Below, one piece after another: positions 20,884-29,341 of a stretch of 46,908 bases of DNA. Source of the DNA: a virus (lineage: Duplodnaviria > Caudoviricetes); the IMG/VR virus record IMGVR_UViG_3300028581_002462, positions 1 through 46,908 of that record, one strand, 5' to 3'. The notes beneath the pieces were generated by a model. It searched no databases. It was not told the origin of the DNA and saw only the letters and a list, made by a program, of their open reading frames with translations. Each line of letters opens with the position of its first letter. The stretch's first letter is position 1. The translations under genes were made by a program, and so were the position numbers.

Positions 20884-21374
20884 TGGCAAGTGGACTTAGG
20901 CCTTTTTATGAAATATTTATTTGGTTTTTATTATTTACATTTTTTGTAACAATATTTGTAGTTTCATTTTTATCATTACAAAATCCAACTTCAGATTTAA
21001 TAGTTAATGATAATTATGGATTTAATAAATCTATTAATATGCTTAATCAACAAATGGGTAATTTTACTACTTTTGCTAATACTACTCAAACTAAATTAGG
21101 AGAAGCAAAGCCTGATCCATTACAATTTGTATTCCTTATGTTTGAATCTGCATTTTATATTCCTCAATTATTTTTAGGTATTATATCAAGTTCTATAGTA
21201 GCAATGACTACTTTATTATTTAATTTTGGTGGTGGGGATTTATCTAAGAATCCTTTTGTTTCAACAACAGTAGGACTTTTATCAATGGTAATGTATATAA
21301 TATTTGCAGTATTAACTGTAAGAGCAGTTTTATATATCATCAAAGCAGTAAGAACTGGGGAGAGTGAACGTTAA
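20883..21374 (+). CDS. Membrane protein of the virion module
   Basis: Three hydrophobic segments; NKS, NFT and NTT sequons. Confidence 0.75.
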   Translation: MASGLRPFYEIFIWFLLFTFFVTIFVVSFLSLQNPTSDLIVNDNYGFNKSINMLNQQMGNFTTFANTTQTKLGEAKPDPLQFVFLMFESAFYIPQLFLGIISSSIVAMTTLLFNFGGGDLSKNPFVSTTVGLLSMVMYIIFAVLTVRAVLYIIKAVRTGESER

Positions 21375-21375
21375 A

Positions 21376-21711
21376 ATGGCATATATACCTTTCAATGGAA
21401 CAGAAATGGGAAATGATTTGACTTATTTAATAAAATATGCTGACGATGTAACTGGAGGATGGACTTCAATAAGTATAACTTTAGCTTTCTTTTTTGTAGT
21501 TTTAATTGGTAGTTTACTTTGGCAAAAAAGGAGTATTGGACAAATGGTAAAACCTGAATCAAGTTTTTTAATTGCAAGTTTTGTAACTTTAGGATTTGAA
21601 TTAATAATGATGCAAAGTAATTTAATTAATGGATGGTGGTTTGCATTTACATTATTTATAACGCTGTTAAGCTTTTTATGGGTACTTTTAGATAATTCTG
21701 AAGGAATGTAA
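21376..21711 (+). CDS. Three-TM membrane protein
   Basis: Hydrophobic helices; ATG 21376 preferred over GTG 21364. Confidence 0.75.
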   Translation: MAYIPFNGTEMGNDLTYLIKYADDVTGGWTSISITLAFFFVVLIGSLLWQKRSIGQMVKPESSFLIASFVTLGFELIMMQSNLINGWWFAFTLFITLLSFLWVLLDNSEGM

Positions 21712-21755
21712 TTTTTATTCTGTTATTACTACCTAGTAAACTCATTTTACCTCTA

Positions 21756-21809
21756 TTTATAAAGAAAAAGAACATAGATATTTTAATCCTATTCGTAATG
21801 AAAGGAGGT
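21756..21809 (+). promoter_or_regulatory. TATA box and strong SD for the capsid candidate
   Basis: TTTATAAA at 21756; GGAGGT at 21804. Confidence 0.6.
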
Positions 21810-21819
21810 AATCAATAAA

Positions 21820-22155
21820 ATGTTTAAAAAATTACTTAATAACATCAAAGCAGTTTTCGGCTTAACAGCTGTTCAACAGTTCTTTGCTGTAATATTAGGT
21901 ATAGCTCTTTTAGCTTATGTAATTGTTATCATAATGGGAACATTATCCAATGCTTCAATTGTACCAACTGGCAGCTTAGCTGCTAATCAGACAAATTCAA
22001 TCTTGGCTAATGTATCTACTGGAATAACAGGGTTCTTCTCTGCTATCAATCCAGTTTATGCAATTCTAGCTATCCTAGTTATTATCCTAGTATTAGTTGT
22101 ATTAGTAAGAGTTGTTCAAGCTCCATCTAGTGGTGCTGCATCACCTTCTTTGTAA
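21820..22155 (+). CDS. Putative major capsid protein, spindle-virus-type hydrophobic hairpin
   Basis: Basic leader ending KA|VFGL; two long hydrophobic helices with an N-X-S/T-bearing linker; own promoter, SD and terminator. Confidence 0.7.
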   Translation: MFKKLLNNIKAVFGLTAVQQFFAVILGIALLAYVIVIIMGTLSNASIVPTGSLAANQTNSILANVSTGITGFFSAINPVYAILAILVIILVLVVLVRVVQAPSSGAASPSL

Positions 22156-22176
22156 GGTTCTCTAACTAATAGAATT

Positions 22177-22229
22177 GTCAGGAACGCTGACCTGCCGTTT
22201 CTAACTCAAGCAGGTTAATTTTATTTTTC
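22177..22229 (+). terminator. Hairpins plus T-tract after the capsid gene
   Basis: gtcag/ctgac and cctgc/gcagg stems followed by ttaatttttattttt. Confidence 0.5.
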
Positions 22230-22278
22230 GGAGTTGACAGAATCTCCCTACACAAAACTGTCACCTTATATTTACAAA

Positions 22279-22452
22279 ATGCCACTTAACAGAATGGGAA
22301 GAAAAATTGAAAGAGAAATGGGAGAGCATAGTTGTAAAAAATCTTCTAAATCACAATTAGTTCTTTATGGAAATAGAGCAAAAATGAGACATATGTTTAT
22401 ACATTTAAATAAAGAGCATCCTTCTTTAAAAGGACATATGAAGCTTAAATAA
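22279..22452 (+). CDS. Small basic protein
   Basis: MPLNRMGRKIERE..., K/R/H-rich; ATG 22279 preferred over TTG 22234. Confidence 0.55.
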   Translation: MPLNRMGRKIEREMGEHSCKKSSKSQLVLYGNRAKMRHMFIHLNKEHPSLKGHMKLK

Positions 22453-22472
22453 GTACTGAAAAGGAGGTTTAA

Positions 22473-23075
22473 ATGAAAAAAATAATAAATCTCAACAAAG
22501 ATAAACGAGGAATTTTCGGTTTAACAGCTGTTCAACAATTTTTTGCAATAATTTTATCAATAGCTTTACTGGCTTATGTAATTGTAACTATTATGGGTAC
22601 ATTATCTAATGCTAATATTGTTCCATTAAATACTGTAGCTATGAGTGGAAGTGTTGCTAATGAAACTTTAACATCCGTTACTGAAGATTTACATTATGTT
22701 TCCAAGTCTACATTACCTAATTTTGATATGACGGTTTGTATAACTTGCGTACTTAATGCCACAAATAATGTTGTCATTCCTGCTGCTGATTGGGGATATA
22801 CTGGTCCTGGTGGAGTAAGAGTAACTAATTCTACAAGTATATTTAATAATACTAATTGGAAAGTAAGTTACACATATACTTACACTGCTGACAGTCCACA
22901 AGTAGCAAATGCTAATTCAATATTAGGAAATGTCTCAACAGGTATCACTGGCTTCTTTGGAGCAATCAACCCAGTATATGCAATCTTAGCAATATTAGTA
23001 ATAATATTAGTTTTAGTTGTATTAGTAAGAGTTGTTCAAGCACCAAATGGAATAAATGAATCTGCCTCGTTATAA
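22473..23075 (+). CDS. Capsid paralogue with inserted beta-rich domain
   Basis: Leader KRG|IFGLTAVQQFF; both helices nearly identical to 21820-22155; ~90-aa insertion in the loop. Confidence 0.75.
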   Translation: MKKIINLNKDKRGIFGLTAVQQFFAIILSIALLAYVIVTIMGTLSNANIVPLNTVAMSGSVANETLTSVTEDLHYVSKSTLPNFDMTVCITCVLNATNNVVIPAADWGYTGPGGVRVTNSTSIFNNTNWKVSYTYTYTADSPQVANANSILGNVSTGITGFFGAINPVYAILAILVIILVLVVLVRVVQAPNGINESASL

Positions 23076-23156
23076 AATCATTTTAAATTAGGCCTTTTAT
23101 TTTTCAGGCCTTTTCATACTCACAATAATCAACTCTCAAAAGGGAGGTAAATAATA

Positions 23157-23285
23157 ATGAAGTCACAAACTCAAAAATCTAAAAAAATGTTACATGAAAT
23201 GCATAGAGGAGATACTGTATTAAAAAGTGCATTTAAAGGAAGTAATTTATATATGAAACGAGCTATTATGAATCCAAATGAATAA
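23157..23285 (+). CDS. 42-aa basic protein
   Basis: SD GGAGGT; MKSQTQKSKKMLHEMHRG... Confidence 0.55.
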   Translation: MKSQTQKSKKMLHEMHRGDTVLKSAFKGSNLYMKRAIMNPNE

Positions 23286-23379
23286 ATGGATGTTGCATTT
23301 AAGCAAGGTTAGGAAAGCTAATCCAAAAATTAAGAATGTTGCAGCAATTGCAAAATTAGCTAAGAAAACATATAAGTAA
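23278..23379 (+). CDS. 33-aa basic peptide, HMG-box-like pattern
   Basis: MNKWMLHLSKVRKANPKIKNVAAIAKLAKKTYK*. Confidence 0.6.
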   Translation: MNKWMLHLSKVRKANPKIKNVAAIAKLAKKTYK

Positions 23380-23436
23380 TTCTTTTTATTATTTTAAAAT
23401 AGAAACATTTAAATAGTTGTTACTATTCTATTTCTT

Positions 23437-23565
23437 ATGAAAATACAATTCAAAGAACTTTCTATTCCTTTGAAAATTGCTATAGTATTTGGATGGATTG
23501 CAGGATCAATATATGCTCTTGCTTTTATATCTGGATTCTTAGAAGGAATTTTTAGTACAGTTTAA
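23437..23565 (+). CDS. 42-aa single-TM protein with own TATA promoter
   Basis: gaaacaTTTAAATA upstream; MKIQFKELSIPLKIAIVFGW... Confidence 0.55.
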   Translation: MKIQFKELSIPLKIAIVFGWIAGSIYALAFISGFLEGIFSTV

Positions 23566-23573
23566 AATTTAAT

Positions 23574-24035
23574 TTAACTATTAAATTTGTAAAACCAATA
23601 AACTAAATAAGTTAATGTAATTGCTGGTAAAAATGGTACTTCTTTTCCTTTAAGCAAAACTTTTGCAAATAATCCATAGATTGTTCCAATTATTAAGAAA
23701 AATATTAAGAAAAACCACATACTAACCATTGTATTTGCAAATCCTTGAGTTAAACCCATAAAAGCAATAATTCCTGGTAAAATCTTAACATCTGCACCTC
23801 CAAGTACTCCTCTGTTCCATAGGAATAGGGCTAAAACGAACATAAGCACTGCAAGAGTGAGATTTAACCAAAACTGTGGTGAAATACACATCCATATCAA
23901 AGATAGGGCTAGAAACAAGAATATTGGCTTATTTTCAATTTCAGATTTCTTGTAATCAATGTAAGTAAAATAACATAAAGCTCCAGCTCCTAAAAGAAAT
24001 GAAGTATTGCTTATTATTGTAATTATATCTATCAT
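23574..24035 (-). CDS. A24-family prepilin/prearchaellin peptidase
   Basis: Polytopic membrane protein with first Asp in YIDYK, GGADVK motif and C-terminal VPFLPAI. Confidence 0.9.
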   Translation of the reverse strand: MIDIITIISNTSFLLGAGALCYFTYIDYKKSEIENKPIFLFLALSLIWMCISPQFWLNLTLAVLMFVLALFLWNRGVLGGADVKILPGIIAFMGLTQGFANTMVSMWFFLIFFLIIGTIYGLFAKVLLKGKEVPFLPAITLTYLVYWFYKFNS

Positions 24036-24367
24036 TTTCTAATCCAAGTCCCAGGAGGTATTTTACAAGATTCACAAATTTCACATTTTCTTCCAGTTTT
24101 TCTAAATAATAAACCACAACGTTTACAAGGTCTCATAAAGTATTGTGTATGTACTCTCATTTTTTCTTTTTACCTCTTAAGTCAAAATAAATTAATGTTC
24201 CCATTATTAAAAATGTTATTATTGTACTAACAATAAATATCATATTTTGAGACATAACACAATGAAAACAAATCATGATGTAAACTCCATTGTTTTAAAA
24301 TATCTCCAAGTAAATCCTATTAATACTAAAAAAATTACTACAATAATAATAACTATCCATGCATTAA

Positions 24368-24607
24368 TCATGGCATTTGTCCTGCAACTGCTGTTGTAAT
24401 ATTTACTGCTGAGGGATAAGCCATTAATTTATTAATAAACTCATTCTGAAATTTTAACATTAATTTAATGTTCTTTTCATTCATCTTTGTTTTCACACGG
24501 AGATAACAAATAAGTATATCCTCATCTAATCCAAATGTTTTAATTGCATTAAATCCTTCAATGACTTTCTTTAGTCTTTCTCCTGTTATTTCTATTTGTG
24601 TCTTCAT
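24368..24607 (-). CDS. Hypothetical protein
   Basis: 79-aa ORF in the minus-strand gene run. Confidence 0.6.
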   Translation of the reverse strand: MKTQIEITGERLKKVIEGFNAIKTFGLDEDILICYLRVKTKMNEKNIKLMLKFQNEFINKLMAYPSAVNITTAVAGQMP

Positions 24608-24614
24608 TTTACTT

Positions 24615-24758
24615 TTACCGTACCATCCCGTAACCCACCATTCTCAACCACTCCTGGCTCCACCTTATGAATATGAACCCTTACCGTAACATTCCTAACC
24701 TTTACTTAACTTACCGAGCCACGCCTGACTATACCAGACGTCTCCCATCGAATATGAA
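24615..24758. repeat. Pentamer-periodic tract (NNNCC on +, GGNNN on -), two blocks
   Basis: ttacc gtacc atccc gtaac ccacc...; blocks of 10 and 14 units, each followed by gaatatgaa. Confidence 0.85.
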
Positions 24759-24798
24759 ATCGGCTAAAAAATTAAAGCCGTTATAATAATAATTTTAC

Positions 24799-25215
24799 TT
24801 ATATATCAAACCTTGTCTTCTCATTTGATAAACCAAACATCGGTGGACTTGGTAACTTCTCATCCTTTCTTTCTACGAACTTAATGACTTCTTTGATAAT
24901 TTCTTTTGTTTCTACTTTTGTAGCCTGTCTAGGATATGCTTTGTCTATGCATTTTTTACATATCAAAAGACCACTATACTGTCCTTCGTATTGACAATAT
25001 TTAAAGAAGACATATTTATCTTTATCTCCTTCATCCATCAAAGTATCTCCACAGACATCACATTCCATTTCTTCGTCTTCCCATTCTTCCATAGAGTAAT
25101 CCTTGCATTTTGGACAAGTAGGATAATCTTCTAAGTCATCAAATTTCTTTTGTGTCATAGTTATTTTATAACCACAATCTTCATCTTCGCACATAAGAGT
25201 TACTTCATCTACCAT
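24799..25215 (-). CDS. Double Zn-ribbon protein
   Basis: Four Cys pairs (CxxxxC, CxxC x3). Confidence 0.7.
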   Translation of the reverse strand: MVDEVTLMCEDEDCGYKITMTQKKFDDLEDYPTCPKCKDYSMEEWEDEEMECDVCGDTLMDEGDKDKYVFFKYCQYEGQYSGLLICKKCIDKAYPRQATKVETKEIIKEVIKFVERKDEKLPSPPMFGLSNEKTRFDI

Positions 25216-25216
25216 T

Positions 25217-26050
25217 TTATTTGTTTAAATCAAATAATTTCAAGATACCATTAGCGTTATCTCCAAGTATTACTTTGGAATTATTCTTTAATGCTTCTCC
25301 AGCAATTTCAAATTGTTTTAACTTCTGAGCATTACCTTTAAAATATTTGTCAGCAGCTTCATTTACAATCTTAATTTGTTTAGCAGTAGCATCAGCAACA
25401 ATAATTCTTCCCTGTGCAATACCTTCAGCTTCTTTGATTGCAGCTCTCTTTTTACCATCAGCTTCTGTTTCAAAAGCAGTAGCAAAGTCAACAGCAGCAG
25501 TCTTTTCGTTTTCAGCTTTAATAACTCTATTCATAGTTTCTTGAACATCGCTAGGAGGAGTAATTTCTTTTAATTCAACTCTAACAATGTCTACGCCCCA
25601 AGTTTTAGTTTGTTCAGCCATTACTTTAGCTAATTTAGTATTCAAATCGTTTCTTTTAGAGTTAACATCTTTGAAAACCATATCGCCAATAACATTTCTA
25701 GCAGTTGTTTGTGCTAATGTAATAATCTGACTTTCATAGTTATTTACATTATACAAAGCTTTTTGAAAACTATCCTCGTCACTTCTAACTTTATAGAAGA
25801 TAACTAAATCTGTACGAGCATTTAAGTTATCTGAAGTTATAATGTCCTGTGGTTCTACGTTTGCCATTTGTTCAGTAACATTTACTTTTCTCATGTGCTG
25901 AAATATTGGTATAATCCAACTAAATCCTGGCCCACGATAAGAAGTATATTTACCTAATGTTTCAACCGCAGCTCGTTCTGTTTGATTAACAATTCTTATT
26001 CCACTTAAACCTATAAGTAGTAATAAACTAATAATAATATATTCTATCAT
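25217..26050 (-). CDS. SPFH/Band 7 (stomatin/prohibitin-like) protein
   Basis: TM plus GIRIVNQTERAAVETLGKY, TTARNVIG, WGVDIVRVELKEITPP and AE-rich coiled coil. Confidence 0.93.
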   Translation of the reverse strand: MIEYIIISLLLLIGLSGIRIVNQTERAAVETLGKYTSYRGPGFSWIIPIFQHMRKVNVTEQMANVEPQDIITSDNLNARTDLVIFYKVRSDEDSFQKALYNVNNYESQIITLAQTTARNVIGDMVFKDVNSKRNDLNTKLAKVMAEQTKTWGVDIVRVELKEITPPSDVQETMNRVIKAENEKTAAVDFATAFETEADGKKRAAIKEAEGIAQGRIIVADATAKQIKIVNEAADKYFKGNAQKLKQFEIAGEALKNNSKVILGDNANGILKLFDLNK

Positions 26051-26146
26051 CTTTTAAACCTCCTTTCATTTGCGATTTGTTTATTTTTGAATATCCTATT
26101 TATTTTAAACTCCAAACTACTTCTAATAACGGGATGTTCTTGTAAT

Positions 26147-26572
26147 TTATTTTCCATCATTATCTCCAAAACGATACCAATTAAATTCGTGTTCTCCTAA
26201 TTCTTTAGTAACATCAAAATCTAATCTTGGATGAACATAGCTGTCAGCAGATTTGTTATCTAATACCCTGACTATTTCATCCGTCTGTGACAACGGGTTA
26301 CCTTTAGTTTCTCTTTCATTTTTTGTCTGCTGACTATTAAATCCAATACTCTTAGTCCAATTTATCTTAAAGTTCTCTGCTAAATCTCTTTGTTTATTAT
26401 AAAATGCTTCATAATTAAATATATCAAAACTATTCTTAACCTTTCTTTTAATGAACTCGTATGCGTGAGAGTTATATTCACATTTATCTTCAGGACAAAC
26501 TAATTTACAATTATGTGCTAAATTTTCTAAGCTTAGTTTTATTGATTCGTCTAATTGTTCTAGGCGTGTCAT
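26147..26572 (-). CDS. Hypothetical protein containing an inverted-repeat insert
   Basis: FNSQQTK...SAD segment shared with 28347-28868. Confidence 0.55.
   Translation of the reverse strand: MTRLEQLDESIKLSLENLAHNCKLVCPEDKCEYNSHAYEFIKRKVKNSFDIFNYEAFYNKQRDLAENFKINWTKSIGFNSQQTKNERETKGNPLSQTDEIVRVLDNKSADSYVHPRLDFDVTKELGEHEFNWYRFGDNDGK
26243..26343. repeat. Inverted-repeat element, copy 1
   Basis: gtcagcaga (26243) / tctgctgac (26326); 23-bp ttttgtctgctgactattaaatc identical to 28602-28624. Confidence 0.75.
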
Positions 26573-26693
26573 TTTTTATTTCTCCTATTAAAAAAATCAC
26601 ACAATAAATCATAAATCATTATTAGTCCTATTATCCATAATGGAACTGCTAGAGAAAACATCATTATTATTAAACCAATTTCCACAAAATCTA

Positions 26694-27059
26694 TCATTCT
26701 CTCAATCCCTCCAAAGTCTTTATTTCTTCTTGGACCTGTTTATGTTCTAATTTAGTAAAACTTAATCTTCCTTTAGTTACTGAATAATAATTATCTGGAG
26801 TTTTAGCTAAACACATATAACCAAAAATCCAAGTTAAATATTCTTCTTCATTAATAATGGTTCTTAAATAATATTTCTTTTCATCTATTAATATTTGGAT
26901 TTGGGCTTGGCGTATCTTTTTACATTGAGGACATAAGATTAAAGCTTCTCTTATAATATCTCCACAATTACCTTCAAATGGTTCTGGAGAAACAGTTTTA
27001 CACATTCCTTGTAATAACTTTCCACATCCTTGAGGGGATAAGATTGATTGATGTATCAT
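26694..27059 (-). CDS. Hypothetical Cys-rich protein
   Basis: GCGK...CG...LCPQC; ATG overlaps the upstream methyltransferase stop. Confidence 0.65.
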   Translation of the reverse strand: MIHQSILSPQGCGKLLQGMCKTVSPEPFEGNCGDIIREALILCPQCKKIRQAQIQILIDEKKYYLRTIINEEEYLTWIFGYMCLAKTPDNYYSVTKGRLSFTKLEHKQVQEEIKTLEGLRE

Positions 27060-27637
27060 TTTGAGTTCTCCTGAAAGGTTTGCTCTTTCAACTCCATCAT
27101 TTCTGCTTGGGAGGAATGCCGTGCTTCAGATTGCATAGCTTCCTGCTTGACCTCCTCTGGAATTTTAATAAAGCAAAACCAGTTAGTCGGTATTTTACTC
27201 CCATTAGGATGACCAAATAAAGGTTGTTCTTTCAAAACTTCTAATATCTCTTTTCTTTTTATACTGCTTTCGTTCCACTTGAATATTAAAATACCCCAAT
27301 CCTCTAAAACTCGCATACATTCATCAAATCCCTTTTTAATATCTTCTTTCCAAGTTTCTTTATTAAGAGTTCCATAAGTTCTTGTCATCCTACATCCATC
27401 TGGTTTTCCAATTAAATGAGGCGGGTCCATCACAACTAATTTAAAACTTTTATCAGCAAATTCTAACTTTCTGAAATCCATAATCATATCAGGATGTAAT
27501 TCTCTATTCTGCCTGTTATCTATAAATCCTTTATCATACTCACGATTATCTATAAAAATTGTATTTGGTTGCCTTTTATCAAACCAAAACATTCTGCTTC
27601 CACAACAAGCATCCAATATTTTTTTGTTTGTTTCCAT
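27056..27637 (-). CDS. SAM-dependent (probable amino-DNA) methyltransferase
   Basis: ILDACCGSRMFW motif I; DPPH motif IV; LIFKW. Confidence 0.88.
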   Translation of the reverse strand: METNKKILDACCGSRMFWFDKRQPNTIFIDNREYDKGFIDNRQNRELHPDMIMDFRKLEFADKSFKLVVMDPPHLIGKPDGCRMTRTYGTLNKETWKEDIKKGFDECMRVLEDWGILIFKWNESSIKRKEILEVLKEQPLFGHPNGSKIPTNWFCFIKIPEEVKQEAMQSEARHSSQAEMMELKEQTFQENSK

Positions 27638-27678
27638 AGTTCGTTAAGATACCCTACCCTTTAGGGTATGGGAGTATG
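27056..27678 (-). mobile_element. Non-autonomous IS200/605-end-flanked cassette 2
   Basis: Left hairpin catactcccataccctaaagggtagggtat before the ATG; cggcattcctcccaagc near the 3' end. Confidence 0.75.
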
Positions 27679-28254
27679 TCATTTCTTCTCCTGAAAGGTT
27701 TGCTCTTTCAACTCCATCATTTCTGCTTGGGAGGAATGCCGTGCTACCTCTATAAAATTTAGTTGATTAGGTAAACTAAGTTTCCAACAGAACCAAGCAG
27801 TTTGAAACCAAGCTCCTGAACCTTTGCCTGAAGGAGTTTCAAAATTAAATCTCTTATTAGGAATTATTAAACTTATTCCATATTTTCTATAAAGTTCTCC
27901 TCTTTTCTTTCCTTCTAAGGCTGTTAAAGGCATAAGCAAAGCAAAAGGTTTTCCTATCTCAAAACATCTCTGTAAAAATTCTTCTTTTTTTGAATATGGG
28001 GGATTAGTTACAATACAATTAAATTCTTCTTTGTTTAATCCTAAATCTTTATTCAAAAAATCTTTAAATGGTTCTCCAATAACTTTGAAACCTTCTTTTT
28101 CTAAGTGTTTTGCTAAACTGCCTTTTCCCCAAGCACATTCCCAAAGAGTCCAGTCTTTCTTTAGATAAGGCAATAAAATATCTATTGCTTCTTTTGGAGT
28201 TCCAAACTCGTCACTCCTTCCATTCATCTGTATTTTAAGTTTTTTCTTTTCCAT
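27679..28254 (-). CDS. N6-adenine-type DNA methyltransferase
   Basis: DEFGTP, WECAWGKG, TNPPYS; paralogue of 41922-42484. Confidence 0.88.
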   Translation of the reverse strand: MEKKKLKIQMNGRSDEFGTPKEAIDILLPYLKKDWTLWECAWGKGSLAKHLEKEGFKVIGEPFKDFLNKDLGLNKEEFNCIVTNPPYSKKEEFLQRCFEIGKPFALLMPLTALEGKKRGELYRKYGISLIIPNKRFNFETPSGKGSGAWFQTAWFCWKLSLPNQLNFIEVARHSSQAEMMELKEQTFQEKK

Positions 28255-28295
28255 AGTTCGTTAAGATACCCTGCCCTTTAGGGTATGGGAGTATG
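27679..28295 (-). mobile_element. Non-autonomous IS200/605-end-flanked cassette 1
   Basis: 60-bp repeats 27631-27690 / 28248-28307 (1 mismatch) and 27066-27125 / 27686-27745 (identical). Confidence 0.75.
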
Positions 28296-28346
28296 TCATT
28301 TCTTCTCTTTTAGTATTAGGATTTACACCTAGCATTAAACCACTTT

Positions 28347-28868
28347 TCATTCCGTACCTCCAATACTATATTCTTTTGCTAATTTATCTACTAAATCATT
28401 AATACCTTCCAAATAAACAAATGGTATTCCTTTTCTCCTAAGTATTTCTTCGGATAATTTAGTCATAAACTCTTTTTCTCTTTGAATATGATTGTCAGCA
28501 GTATTTATTCCATTATCAACGATGCTCTTATTGTATTTTGAAGCTCCCAAAACTGTGTTCTGGATAGTCGCAACTTCATCGTCTGAACATTTGTCCAAGG
28601 ATTTTGTCTGCTGACTATTAAATCGTTCTTTAAGTTTTGTTCTTATCCATTCTAATTCTATTTCATTACAAAATGACCTACTATTTATATTAATTACAGT
28701 ATCAATAATCTCTAATACTCTTTTCTCTTGATTTTCAGCAACTTCTATTCCTTTTGATAATGCTTTAGTTATATCTTGTTTATTACAACAATCTTCACAA
28801 TCACAACCTTTTTGAATTCCCTTTTCAAAATCTTCTCTCTCATTACGAAGTTCATTTAGGGTTATCAT
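28347..28868 (-). CDS. Hypothetical protein containing an inverted-repeat insert
   Basis: 173-aa ORF with FNSQQTK...TAD segment. Confidence 0.55.
   Translation of the reverse strand: MITLNELRNEREDFEKGIQKGCDCEDCCNKQDITKALSKGIEVAENQEKRVLEIIDTVININSRSFCNEIELEWIRTKLKERFNSQQTKSLDKCSDDEVATIQNTVLGASKYNKSIVDNGINTADNHIQREKEFMTKLSEEILRRKGIPFVYLEGINDLVDKLAKEYSIGGTE
28494..28624. repeat. Inverted-repeat element, copy 2
   Basis: gtcagcag (28494) / ctgctgac (28608). Confidence 0.75.
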
Positions 28869-29341
28869 TTAGACTCCTTTAATTTAGGTAGTTTATTTAA
28901 TAATGCAAATTCTCCAAAGCTATTTTTAGCTTCTTTGTTATATGCTCTTGCTGCTTCTTCCCCTGTCTTAAAATAACCTATATGCTTACTTTTATTATTT
29001 ATAGTTATTTGTGCTTGATATGGATTAGTCTTATTTTGTAGTGGAACATACCATACACCTTTAAATCCTGATTTTGAATAACTTTTTCTATTCATTCCAT
29101 TTTGGGATATAGAGCAAAATCTTAAATTAGCTTTTCTATTATCTAAACCATCACCATTTATATGGTCTATAAATTGACCCTTCTTAGCTTTCATAATTAT
29201 CCGATGTAATAATTTAGAATCCTTAGTATATGCATAAAATGTATTTCTACCTTTCATTAGATAAAATTTCATATCCTTAATTTTATTAAAATCTTCATCA
29301 TCTATTATTGCTATTTTATTCTCTGATAAAGTTATTTCCAT
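28865..29341 (-). CDS. HNH-AP2 endonuclease
   Basis: LHRIIM...IDHINGDGLDNRKANLR plus AP2 motif GYFKTGEEAARAYN; start 29341 preferred over 29362. Confidence 0.9.
   Translation of the reverse strand: MEITLSENKIAIIDDEDFNKIKDMKFYLMKGRNTFYAYTKDSKLLHRIIMKAKKGQFIDHINGDGLDNRKANLRFCSISQNGMNRKSYSKSGFKGVWYVPLQNKTNPYQAQITINNKSKHIGYFKTGEEAARAYNKEAKNSFGEFALLNKLPKLKESK

Noticed and set aside
21820-23075. Type IV pilus or archaellum operon
   Set aside because: The proteins have two hydrophobic helices, and no PilB/FlaI ATPase or TadC/FlaJ platform is recognisable. A conjugative-pilin role is disfavoured because no VirB4 or relaxase is seen, but it is not excluded.
27056-28254. Restriction-modification system
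   Set aside because: No adjacent restriction endonuclease; the methyltransferases appear orphan.
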